Shown here piece by piece: positions 35,277 through 43,451 of a DNA stretch of 64,000 nucleotides. Under the pieces are notes generated by a model. That model saw only the letters and a program-made list of their open reading frames with translations, had not been told where the DNA came from and searched no databases. A program made the position numbers and the translations under genes. The stretch is from a virus: IMG/VR virus record IMGVR_UViG_3300009431_000003; one strand, written 5' to 3'. Position 1 is the first letter of the stretch. Each line of letters starts with the position of its first letter.

Positions 35277-35352
35277 GGGGGATTAGCTCAGTTGGAAGAG
35301 CGTGGCGCTTGCATCGCCGAGGTCATCGGTTCGATCCCGATATCTTCCACCA
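35277..35352 (+). tRNA. tRNA-Ala (TGC)
   Basis: Canonical 76-nt cloverleaf, loop CT-TGC-AT, G3-U70, encoded CCA. Confidence 0.93.
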
Positions 35353-35374
35353 ACAAAGAAGAGACGGAATGTTA

Positions 35375-35384
35375 CATAAGAGTA
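35375..35384 (+). promoter_or_regulatory. CATAAGAGTA motif (putative phage promoter)
   Basis: ATGTTACATAAGAGTACTGG, intergenic. Confidence 0.5.
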
Positions 35385-35442
35385 CTGGTAGGCAATTTAT
35401 TTTATAAGTTGTCTTTTTTTTTATTACACAACGGAGGATGAT

Positions 35443-35628
35443 ATGGACAAAGAAAAAATGAGGGACATTGTGTACATGACTACGCTAGTAACTGGTGTAG
35501 TCACTATAATTGGAGGACTGGCACTGAAAGCTTTGGAAGGAGATAATGAAAAAATCATTAAATCGGCAATGGATACCGTTCTTAATCTCGGAAAGGAGAT
35601 TATCACTCAAGACGATACTCTTGATTAG
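35443..35628 (+). CDS. Small membrane protein
   Basis: GGAGG RBS; one TM segment. Confidence 0.65.
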   Translation: MDKEKMRDIVYMTTLVTGVVTIIGGLALKALEGDNEKIIKSAMDTVLNLGKEIITQDDTLD

Positions 35629-35647
35629 AAACTAAAAGGGGGCGATT

Positions 35648-36199
35648 GTGGTTACTATCAAAGTTTATTCTGGAAGAAATTTCAGAATCATTGCACTGCT
35701 GCTCGACATAGCAACAGACGAGGAGTACCCACACATACTTCCAAAATTAGGCGAGCGCCTTAAAAAAGATATAGGAAAAAGGGGATTTATTCTTAGCCCT
35801 GAAGATATTGTCTTCGCTGTACATAACACAGGACAAAGGCAACTCAGTGATGGGCGAGTGTACCAAATCCGGTATCTTTGGGTTGCCCGGGAAGGTTCTT
35901 TAACAGCAACTGATTGGGATGAGTTGGTATATGATCAGTTTATTGTAAAAAATACTACCATCTCTCCTTTTGCCAAGCTAGAGATGGCCAGAGAACTTCC
36001 TACATTACAAAGAACAAGAGAGGACCTATTAACTCTTGTGGTTAAACGCCAGGAACATTTATGGTATTTAGTAGGAAAGAAGGGCTGGAGGATCGAACGA
36101 TTAAATCAGGTATCCAGTATACGTTTACGGGTGGATATGTTACAGCCTCCAGCTGTTAAAGTTCGTAGAGGCCCGCCTAAAATGGCTGAGGACAAGTGA
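35648..36199 (+). CDS. Hypothetical protein
   Basis: 183-aa ORF, GTG start with purine-rich RBS. Confidence 0.65.
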   Translation: MVTIKVYSGRNFRIIALLLDIATDEEYPHILPKLGERLKKDIGKRGFILSPEDIVFAVHNTGQRQLSDGRVYQIRYLWVAREGSLTATDWDELVYDQFIVKNTTISPFAKLEMARELPTLQRTREDLLTLVVKRQEHLWYLVGKKGWRIERLNQVSSIRLRVDMLQPPAVKVRRGPPKMAEDK

Positions 36200-36206
36200 A
36201 ACTAGG

Positions 36207-36236
36207 AGAGAGGGGATAAAACCCCTCTCTTTTTTA
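36207..36236. terminator. Terminator between convergent genes
   Basis: AGAGAGGGG-ATAAAA-CCCCTCTCT with T run. Confidence 0.7.
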
Positions 36237-36237
36237 T

Positions 36238-37125
36238 CTAATAATCAAAGTAGTCCACAATATATCGGCCACCGTTCCATTGAGAAGGTAAAGGGTTACC
36301 GGTGCCCCATGTTTGTGTTCCTTTTTCTCCGTCACGCAAACCAAGATGTTTTACAGCCCAAAGGCCCACATCCTGCCATAATCGAGAACCGGGATCAGCA
36401 ACTCTATTTTTGCTGCTCTGTCTATGAGCAAAAATAGAGTGAACGGGAGCTTTTTGTGTTTCTTTGATTTTGTCACAAGCCCATGGAAGAAATTGTCTCA
36501 GGGCCTTAATTTGAGCAGATGAAGCTACATGAGGGCCTCCCCCAGATGACCAATGAGTTCTAAGGTCGCCCTCAATCCCGCACATATTTCCGGAAACCTC
36601 GATTCCTACAGTGTGGTGTGATAATCCCTGGGCATGCCAAATAAAATCGAAGAAATCATTCAAGAGATATATCTCACCTTCGCGAGTAACGCCAACATGG
36701 GCGTTTACCGTCCTCCAGCGACGGTAACCACTTTTAATTAAGCAACCGGTTTGGTGGAGAGTAAATCCATCAATACTCATCGGAGACCTGCCCGGACGGT
36801 AATTCTTTGGATGGTCAAGCCCTCGAAAATCATGAATCACAAACTTTTCCGCACTGAGAGGTTCGACTATTTCGGTTTTGACATTGCCAGAGTACTCCAG
36901 GCCCTCAATGGCGCCTTCAATAGTTTGTAGAGTAATGTCTCCCACAACACCATCATCCTGGAGTCCGTGATCCCTCTGAAACGCTCTGACAGCCTCAAAG
37001 GTATCATTTCCGTACCAGCCATCCGCCTCAAACCCTCCGAGAGAGTACCCAAGAACCAGAAGCCATTCCTGTATCCTTTTTACCGCAGGGCCGTGCATTA
37101 TAGGTGAGACTAATTTTAGTAACAT
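36238..37125 (-). CDS. Endolysin: peptidoglycan-binding domain plus N-acetylmuramoyl-L-alanine amidase
   Basis: DGWYGNDT..AVRAFQRDHGLQDDGVVGDIT (PG_binding_1); LHQT, AHVG, WHAQ, GIEVSG, AHRQ...DPG (Amidase_2-like). Confidence 0.88.
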   Translation of the reverse strand: MLLKLVSPIMHGPAVKRIQEWLLVLGYSLGGFEADGWYGNDTFEAVRAFQRDHGLQDDGVVGDITLQTIEGAIEGLEYSGNVKTEIVEPLSAEKFVIHDFRGLDHPKNYRPGRSPMSIDGFTLHQTGCLIKSGYRRWRTVNAHVGVTREGEIYLLNDFFDFIWHAQGLSHHTVGIEVSGNMCGIEGDLRTHWSSGGGPHVASSAQIKALRQFLPWACDKIKETQKAPVHSIFAHRQSSKNRVADPGSRLWQDVGLWAVKHLGLRDGEKGTQTWGTGNPLPSQWNGGRYIVDYFDY

Positions 37126-37135
37126 AGTGCTCTCC

Positions 37136-37351
37136 TTATATATTTGTATTTTTACGTTGTTGTTTGTTTCTATTAAGTGTGGCGGGAGTCGGAATTTTTA
37201 CCTTGGGGAGCCCGGCAAATCTCTTGCCTGTAGAAAAGGCCAGAGAGACTTGGGGCATTCCAGGAGTAGGTACTTGCGGCGCCATAGGCCCGGAAGTAGC
37301 TGCCATCTTTCTTAGTTCATCAGCGAAAGCTATAAGCTCAAGACTTTTCAT
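37136..37351 (-). CDS. Small motif-bearing protein
   Basis: N-terminus IAFADELRKMAA. Confidence 0.6.
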   Translation of the reverse strand: MKSLELIAFADELRKMAATSGPMAPQVPTPGMPQVSLAFSTGKRFAGLPKVKIPTPATLNRNKQQRKNTNI

Positions 37352-37360
37352 GAAACAGCC

Positions 37361-37882
37361 CTATAGAGCAAAATTAGACAAACGACGCCTCTGATTTATG
37401 TCTTCGATCTTTTTTGAAAATTTAATGAGTCCTATTACTTTATGAGTTACCACATCAAAGAGGGGAAGAGCGGTTATAGCCCTTGGTCCGGCCAGGTGAG
37501 GGTATGTTCCAAAGAAAACACTGTTGCCTGCCTCCAAAGCTTTTACGACCGGGCATCCTTCACAAGGACTTGTTCTTCCATATACCTTATAACATTTAGT
37601 ACCTACAAAGGTTTTGTAGGTAATTTTTTCGGGATCTATTCCTTGAATTTTGGCGACGATATCTCGGTCCCAATTAATTACCGCCTTATTGATATACACA
37701 ATTCGCATGTTGACATCGAGAATGATAGCTCCTGTGCCATCATTTATCAATCCCGCATTAAGGAGAATTTGTCCATCCTCAAGCCTAATTTCAGGAAGCT
37801 CAAGACTCTCCGCTTTTTTTACGCAACGAGATATCCCCTCACTATTCTCCCGAAATCGTTGGTCGAGATCTGTGTCCTGCAT
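37361..37882 (-). CDS. Stand-alone PAS-domain protein
   Basis: IILDVNMRIVYINKA...VGTKCYKVYGRTSPCEGCPVVKAL...ITALPL...VIGLI matches a PAS fold with C-x(n)-CxxCP. Confidence 0.75.
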   Translation of the reverse strand: MQDTDLDQRFRENSEGISRCVKKAESLELPEIRLEDGQILLNAGLINDGTGAIILDVNMRIVYINKAVINWDRDIVAKIQGIDPEKITYKTFVGTKCYKVYGRTSPCEGCPVVKALEAGNSVFFGTYPHLAGPRAITALPLFDVVTHKVIGLIKFSKKIEDINQRRRLSNFAL

Positions 37883-37893
37883 CTTGTTATCTC

Positions 37894-38118
37894 CTACGGA
37901 AAAAGTAACTTAAGAGCCACAGCCGTTACTGTTGCAGTAACTATTCCTACGCCGGCAGCAACACCATATATTTTAATCTTCATATTTATAATTTCTGAAT
38001 GCAGCATACTATATTTTGTAAAGAGAATCTTATTATTCTCGTCCAGACGACTTACAGCTTCTTCTATGCATCCCTTAAACTCTCTAAACTCTCCATATTG
38101 TTCGATTCTATCGGGCAC
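37894..38118 (-). CDS. Holin-like small protein with C-terminal TM helix
   Basis: 74 aa; IYGVAAGVGIVTATVTAVALKLL; upstream of endolysin. Confidence 0.5.
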   Translation of the reverse strand: MPDRIEQYGEFREFKGCIEEAVSRLDENNKILFTKYSMLHSEIINMKIKIYGVAAGVGIVTATVTAVALKLLFP

Positions 38119-38465
38119 GTCAATTCCCCCAGTCGTAGTTTCCGCTTCCGCATTGACTCTAGGATGTGTTCATCACCCAAACCCGATAAACGGAACATTC
38201 GAATGGCTTCTTTGTCCGTCATCTGGTTAGTTATTTCTTCTGAAAGAGTAAATTGATCAGGAGGAACAACAAAAAGCTCTCCATTAACAATAGAGATACA
38301 CACGTTTCCGTCCTGAGCTAATCGATACAGAGCAAAGGTTGGGATAGCTATCAATGCATCAGGGTCCGCGGATTGAAGCATCTTCTCTGTGATAATTACC
38401 TCGGCTGTCTTACCGTCCTTGCGTATAATATTATGCTTGCGACCATACCCTGGAGGCCTATTCAT
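38064..38465 (-). CDS. Hypothetical protein
   Basis: 133 aa, AAAGGG RBS, first gene of the minus-strand island. Confidence 0.65.
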   Translation of the reverse strand: MNRPPGYGRKHNIIRKDGKTAEVIITEKMLQSADPDALIAIPTFALYRLAQDGNVCISIVNGELFVVPPDQFTLSEEITNQMTDKEAIRMFRLSGLGDEHILESMRKRKLRLGELTCPIESNNMESLESLRDA

Positions 38466-38529
38466 TGTACTTCCCTTTCTCTGTTATCAAAAGCTTACCA
38501 AAGTAATTAACTAGATTCAATCATTTTTC

Positions 38530-38539
38530 CATAAGGAAC
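38530..38539 (+). promoter_or_regulatory. CATAAGG variant motif
   Basis: ATTTTTCCATAAGGAAC; overlaps the RBS of 38545, so partly explained by it. Confidence 0.3.
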
Positions 38540-38544
38540 CTAGA

Positions 38545-39285
38545 ATGTTCAATATACCTGGATTTGAGTTTAAATGTGGGCCTGATATAATTTATATCTA
38601 CGGCCCGCCAAGTACAGGAAAAACAGCTTTGTGTTCTCATATTGTAGGGCCGAATATTGCTGTTTACAATCCGGACAGCACTTTAATTGAAAGGCTAAAT
38701 GGTGCAGAAATATCCTTTGATGTCCTGCAGGCTGAGAGTGCTCATTACTTGTTTGAAAGTTTATATGAGCTTTGTGAGGAGTATGATGACATTGTTATCG
38801 ACAGCCTATTAGGAATCAGAACAAGAAGCGGCTTTGGCGATCGGACTGAAATCTATCACATTCTACACAGTAGAATTGGTATGCTGAGAAGTGCATTAAT
38901 GGAGCGGGGAAAGTCTCGACTGTTTATAATCGATGGAACCAATCAGAAAAAGACTATAAAAGAAATGAACTCTCCGTTCTATCGAATAGGCTACACAAAG
39001 AGTGATTTTATGATAACAACTAAAAGGAGGGACCACTTAGGAAAAGTATACTCGACAATAAAATTTGAAAGGAGTAGATTATTCCCCCCAGGCGGAGGAA
39101 TTGAGTTGCTCCTTGGGCCGGATGGCAGAATAGACACTGCCCATGCCTTGTTGAAACAATTAATACACCATAACCAGATACAGGTCCACGGCACCTGGTA
39201 CCATCTCCCTGACGGAGTAACAGTTCAAGGGGTGGATGAAGCACTGGCCGCGGTTAGAAAAAAGGAGCACGAATGGAAGATATAA
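38545..39285 (+). CDS. RecA/UvsX-like ATPase (divergent)
   Basis: Walker A GPPSTGKT, Walker B IVIDS, RecA-like C-terminal IQVHGTWY...QG. Confidence 0.7.
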   Translation: MFNIPGFEFKCGPDIIYIYGPPSTGKTALCSHIVGPNIAVYNPDSTLIERLNGAEISFDVLQAESAHYLFESLYELCEEYDDIVIDSLLGIRTRSGFGDRTEIYHILHSRIGMLRSALMERGKSRLFIIDGTNQKKTIKEMNSPFYRIGYTKSDFMITTKRRDHLGKVYSTIKFERSRLFPPGGGIELLLGPDGRIDTAHALLKQLIHHNQIQVHGTWYHLPDGVTVQGVDEALAAVRKKEHEWKI

Positions 39286-41258
39286 AAAGGTTCTTTGCGG
39301 ACGGGGGATATTTAAGTGAGGTAATTGATAATTACCAGATGCGTCCGGGACAGGTTAAATTGGCCGAATGGATCGACCAGGCTATCCGGGATAAACAGCA
39401 TTTTTTAGGAGAAGGGCCTTGCGGTGTGGGTAAAAGTATGGCTTATCTGGTGCCTGCGGTCTTTGCAGCAAAACGCGACAAGGCACGCACCGCCATAGCT
39501 ACAGCCAATATCGGCTTACAGCATCAAATAATGGAAAAGGACTTGCCTATGTTGCAAGAAGCCATTCCTTTTGACTTCTCCTTTACCCTTTTGAAGGGGC
39601 GTGCAAATTATTTCTGTCTGCGATTAGCGGCAAGGAATAAAAAGAAGGGCCTTTCTGCCAATGTTTCCCAAGACCAACAAATCCAAGCAAGAGAGTTAGC
39701 TAAATGGGGAACAGATGAAACAACCACCGGAGATAAGGAAAAAGTACCTTTCCAGGTAGATTCTTTTATTTGGAGCCTCTTTTCATCTTCTGCGGAAGAG
39801 TGTGACGGGACCTCCTGTGATTACCGTCATGATTGTTTTTGTCAGCAGGCAATTGACCGCGCTCAGACCAGTGATATTATTATATTGAATTATCATCTCT
39901 TATTTGCCGACCTTAGTCTTCGCCTGCTTGGTATCGAGGATCCCATTATTCCTCACTGTGATATCATTATTGGAGATGAGGCACATAAATCTCCGGAAAT
40001 TGCCAGGAACTTTTTTGGTTTTGACCTGACTCGCCGAACATTTGCCATAGTTGCAGGATACATAAGAGATTACGGGAACAAAAGCGCGAAATCAGAGCGG
40101 CTCTTTAAGGAAACAAATACCCTTTCCTCCCGATACTTCGCACTGCTACGAAGCTTTTATAAGTCTTCAGACTACAAAATAAAACTTCGGGAGCCTTTAG
40201 GAAATACTTCTTTAGGGCAGCCAACCAAAGACCTCTGGAAACACCTCGATTCCGTTTGTCAGTTTATTAAGGAAGTTGATGTATCTGTATTTTCCGACGA
40301 AAAGGAAGAGGGCAAAGCAAAGAAAAAGCGAAGAAGGCGCCTTCTTCATGTAAGTAATTTAATGAATCGACTGGCGCATTTCTACTCTCCTGATGACGAA
40401 AACATGATTAATTGGATTGAGCTCTATGGTAAATCCTGGGTAAAATTGGTTGCCCGACCCTTTGATATTAGGAAATATATAAAAGGACCTCTATTTGCCG
40501 ACCATAAAAGCGTGATTTTTGTCTCTGCAACTTTAACGAGTCAAGGAAATTTTGACTTTATTACTGATGCTCTTGGGATCGCGGAGGACACAAGACTTGG
40601 TGTAGGAATAATTGATAGTCCTTTCAATCATGAGAGGCAGGCAATTCTGGTAATTCCTCAAGAGGCCATGGATCCCAGAAAAGTCGGCTTCCCGGCCTTC
40701 TCGAAATACGTTACTAATCAGGTGGATTATTTAGCTAAATTATTCTCTGGAAATATCCTGTGCCTGTTTACTTCTTATCGCATGATAAATGCCGTGCATA
40801 AAGCATTGCAGGATACTTTACCAGAAGACATTACATTATTGCGTCAAGGGGATGCTCCTCGACACAAACTTATTGAACAATTTAAGGAGGGAAATACGGT
40901 TCTTATTGGTACAGAATCCTTTTGGCAAGGTGTAGATGTTCCAGGCAAAGCTTTATCCTGCGTAGTAATTGATAAAATGCCTTTCGAAACTCCGGATGAT
41001 CCCATCCAAGCAACGGGACAGGAAAAATATCGGGACTGGTTTATGCGCAGCATGGTGCCAAAAGCAACAATTTTGTTACGACAAGGTACAGGGCGATTAA
41101 TTCGTACTGTAAAAGATCGAGGGGCCATTGTAATATTCGACAACAGAATACTTACAAAAAACTGGGGAGTTAAATTGCTGACCAGCTTAGAAAAGATGAC
41201 AACTTCGTCAAAAATAGAAGACACAATTACATTTACCGAAGGAGGCACAGATGTCTGA
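39273..41258 (+). CDS. dinG: DinG/YoaA-family SF2 Fe-S helicase
   Basis: RPGQ Q-motif, EGPCGVGKS, LKGRANYFC, Cys cluster, DEAH, SATL, FWQGVD, QGTGRLIR. Confidence 0.9.
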   Translation: MEDIKRFFADGGYLSEVIDNYQMRPGQVKLAEWIDQAIRDKQHFLGEGPCGVGKSMAYLVPAVFAAKRDKARTAIATANIGLQHQIMEKDLPMLQEAIPFDFSFTLLKGRANYFCLRLAARNKKKGLSANVSQDQQIQARELAKWGTDETTTGDKEKVPFQVDSFIWSLFSSSAEECDGTSCDYRHDCFCQQAIDRAQTSDIIILNYHLLFADLSLRLLGIEDPIIPHCDIIIGDEAHKSPEIARNFFGFDLTRRTFAIVAGYIRDYGNKSAKSERLFKETNTLSSRYFALLRSFYKSSDYKIKLREPLGNTSLGQPTKDLWKHLDSVCQFIKEVDVSVFSDEKEEGKAKKKRRRRLLHVSNLMNRLAHFYSPDDENMINWIELYGKSWVKLVARPFDIRKYIKGPLFADHKSVIFVSATLTSQGNFDFITDALGIAEDTRLGVGIIDSPFNHERQAILVIPQEAMDPRKVGFPAFSKYVTNQVDYLAKLFSGNILCLFTSYRMINAVHKALQDTLPEDITLLRQGDAPRHKLIEQFKEGNTVLIGTESFWQGVDVPGKALSCVVIDKMPFETPDDPIQATGQEKYRDWFMRSMVPKATILLRQGTGRLIRTVKDRGAIVIFDNRILTKNWGVKLLTSLEKMTTSSKIEDTITFTEGGTDV

Positions 41259-41829
41259 TCCTAATGTTATACTCCAAGATAATTCCACGCCTTGGAGCAA
41301 AAGTCTGGAGAGTTCGCATAATGAACTCTCTAAAGCAATTATCCGCACCATGCAGGACCTTAAGAAATACGACGAAGGGACTGCAAGTGAGTACAAGGAT
41401 GCTATTGTAGGTATTGTGACTGCAGCCTCAAATGAGATTGTTGCTTTATGCAGTGCCGTTTCCAAAGGAGAAACGACCAATTCCGGCATAAAAGTCAGGA
41501 CTAATGCCTCTCAGTTATTTTTGGCCTTTGGCCTACTTGCTTCTTATCTGGAAAAGCACAATACAGAAATATTCCAGGAAGTACAGAAAGAGGTAACAGG
41601 AATTGTTGATAGGACAGTTTCCGAATTTGTTGATCTACTTGTAGGGGCAGACGAGCAAGCCAAGCCCAGCATGGATGGTGGTCTGCTTCTAGGTCTCATC
41701 AAGTTTGTAAGGAAAACTAAAACCGGTCAGTTTGCTCAGTTTAGGAAGGCATCTGGAATCCTTGGAAAAAGCCAGGGGGAACTTAGAAAGAAAACTATAG
41801 AACTGGAGAAAGCGCTCAAGGAGAGCTAA
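41251..41829 (+). CDS. Hypothetical protein
   Basis: AAGGAGG RBS. Confidence 0.7.
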   Translation: MSDPNVILQDNSTPWSKSLESSHNELSKAIIRTMQDLKKYDEGTASEYKDAIVGIVTAASNEIVALCSAVSKGETTNSGIKVRTNASQLFLAFGLLASYLEKHNTEIFQEVQKEVTGIVDRTVSEFVDLLVGADEQAKPSMDGGLLLGLIKFVRKTKTGQFAQFRKASGILGKSQGELRKKTIELEKALKES

Positions 41830-41870
41830 AAATAGGAGGGGGTTTTTTATCCCCCCTCCTATTTTTTTTT
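41829..41870. terminator. Bidirectional terminator
   Basis: AATAGGAGGGGG...CCCCCCTCCTATT with A and T flanks between convergent genes. Confidence 0.8.
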
Positions 41871-41880
41871 ACTTTGTATT

Positions 41881-42594
41881 TTAGGAAGCAATTACGCTTG
41901 GCACATCAGTATAAATCAGAGCAAGCTGATTGACTGCAACGGGTCGAATTCTTTCAGGCTGGAATGATCCATCCTCATTAAGAATAACTCCATTTGCGTC
42001 TGTAGCCAGGCCATGATTTACACAATAGGTATCTTCCAGATAGAAAGAGCCTACAGTGTCTTCATTTGAGTCCTTAAAGTAAAATAAGAACCCAATGGGC
42101 TGTTTAAATAGATCAGACGCCAGATTCAAGAATAAATTTTCATATCCTGCCGGTACCTTCACGTTGTGAGGGTTGGGCATGGAATAAGCGCCGATATTCT
42201 CGAACAATGGATCTACGACAGTTGGGGATGAGTAGTCAGTGTAATAAGCATATGCCATACGAAGTAATGATGGGCCATGATACATGATCCGACCAATCTG
42301 CAACTGCTGTAAAACACGCCCACCGATTTGGTAAGCACGCTCTGATCCCACTTCGAATATTTTAGCGACATTGTGGCTCTGCTGGAGAGCCATGTTTTGA
42401 ATTAATCCCACAGGTAGAGCAATCTCAGCTCCTCCGGCAGACATTAGAGCACCTACACCACCCGACCCACCTATTGCAGCTAGTCTTGGAGGCCCTGCGG
42501 CTACCATAGTGTAAGCACCACTTAAGAACTGCCCGCCAACCAAATTGGCCTGTACATAATTTTGGTACGGGCTCCAAGTGGCAAGTGTTGACAT
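41881..42594 (-). CDS. Putative tail tube protein
   Basis: Downstream of sheath; GLIQN..QQS..KIFEVGS..Y pattern typical of tube proteins. Confidence 0.6.
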   Translation of the reverse strand: MSTLATWSPYQNYVQANLVGGQFLSGAYTMVAAGPPRLAAIGGSGGVGALMSAGGAEIALPVGLIQNMALQQSHNVAKIFEVGSERAYQIGGRVLQQLQIGRIMYHGPSLLRMAYAYYTDYSSPTVVDPLFENIGAYSMPNPHNVKVPAGYENLFLNLASDLFKQPIGFLFYFKDSNEDTVGSFYLEDTYCVNHGLATDANGVILNEDGSFQPERIRPVAVNQLALIYTDVPSVIAS

Positions 42595-42628
42595 ATTGTT
42601 CTCCTTTACCCTGTGACGGGCACTTGGT

Positions 42629-43432
42629 TTAGTAAGTGTGCTTTACTGGGTTATCAGCAGAAGGAATCTTGTCCTCTACTACTCCATAGGCGGAAATCAT
42701 TAAAAGATCGTCTTCTACCAACTTCTCTGCGCCTCCCTCTTCAATCAGTATCACAGGAGAAACATCGCTACTCTCAACTGGATTGTCAAATGCTTTCAGG
42801 ACGTACGCTGTCCCGCCCCCAGGCACAAAGCCTTGAATAGTAATAAATCCTGCAATGAAAGGAAGCACAATCTCAAAATCTCCTGCAGCTTCCATATCTG
42901 CGGAAATTACAACAGAAATTATAGAGTGAGCAATGCTTTGATTGCTCTCCAAAGAATTGGCTACGTCCTCACTCCCGGGCAGTGAATATGCCCAATCGCC
43001 AACTAACGACCAGACCACGACGCCGGCTGAAGGGCTAGTACCGTCTGCGCTGTAATACACCAGTAAATTATCCGTATCGGCTGCGGCAAAATATGGGTAG
43101 CTTGCAGCGTCGTAAAGAGCATTAATGGCCTCTTCAAGGACAATGAGGCTTGCTTCCAAGTCTGCCCCTATAATAACCGGAATATTCCCGGCGCCCGCGG
43201 CGCCGTACTCGACAAACTCAAAAGTGGTTCCTTGCAAACCAACCTCGTCGCCAGCAACATAATTGCCTACTTTTATCAGCTTTGCGGAAGGCGCATAGCC
43301 TCCACCTGCTCCAAAGTTGACAAGGCCCTCAACACTACCAAGTTGGGATACCTGCTTAGCGTGCTTAAGGGCTGTTTTTGGAGTGGTGGCATGGTGAGTA
43401 TTCTGCGACCCTCCTTGTGTTCCTTTTGCCAT
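42629..43432 (-). CDS. Putative virion structural protein
   Basis: Acidic beta-rich 267-aa protein in the late operon. Confidence 0.55.
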   Translation of the reverse strand: MAKGTQGGSQNTHHATTPKTALKHAKQVSQLGSVEGLVNFGAGGGYAPSAKLIKVGNYVAGDEVGLQGTTFEFVEYGAAGAGNIPVIIGADLEASLIVLEEAINALYDAASYPYFAAADTDNLLVYYSADGTSPSAGVVVWSLVGDWAYSLPGSEDVANSLESNQSIAHSIISVVISADMEAAGDFEIVLPFIAGFITIQGFVPGGGTAYVLKAFDNPVESSDVSPVILIEEGGAEKLVEDDLLMISAYGVVEDKIPSADNPVKHTY

Positions 43433-43451
43433 GATTCATTCTCCTCTTTAG

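Noticed and set aside
37442-38230. 262-aa plus-strand ORF, and similar long antisense ORFs such as 48189-48998 and 59088-59696
   Set aside because: They overlap better-supported genes on the opposite strand, lack RBS and motifs, and are shadow ORFs.
39273-41258. DinG as a type IV CRISPR (CasDinG) component
   Set aside because: No Cas7/Cas5/Cas6-like neighbours or array; the neighbour is RecA-like.
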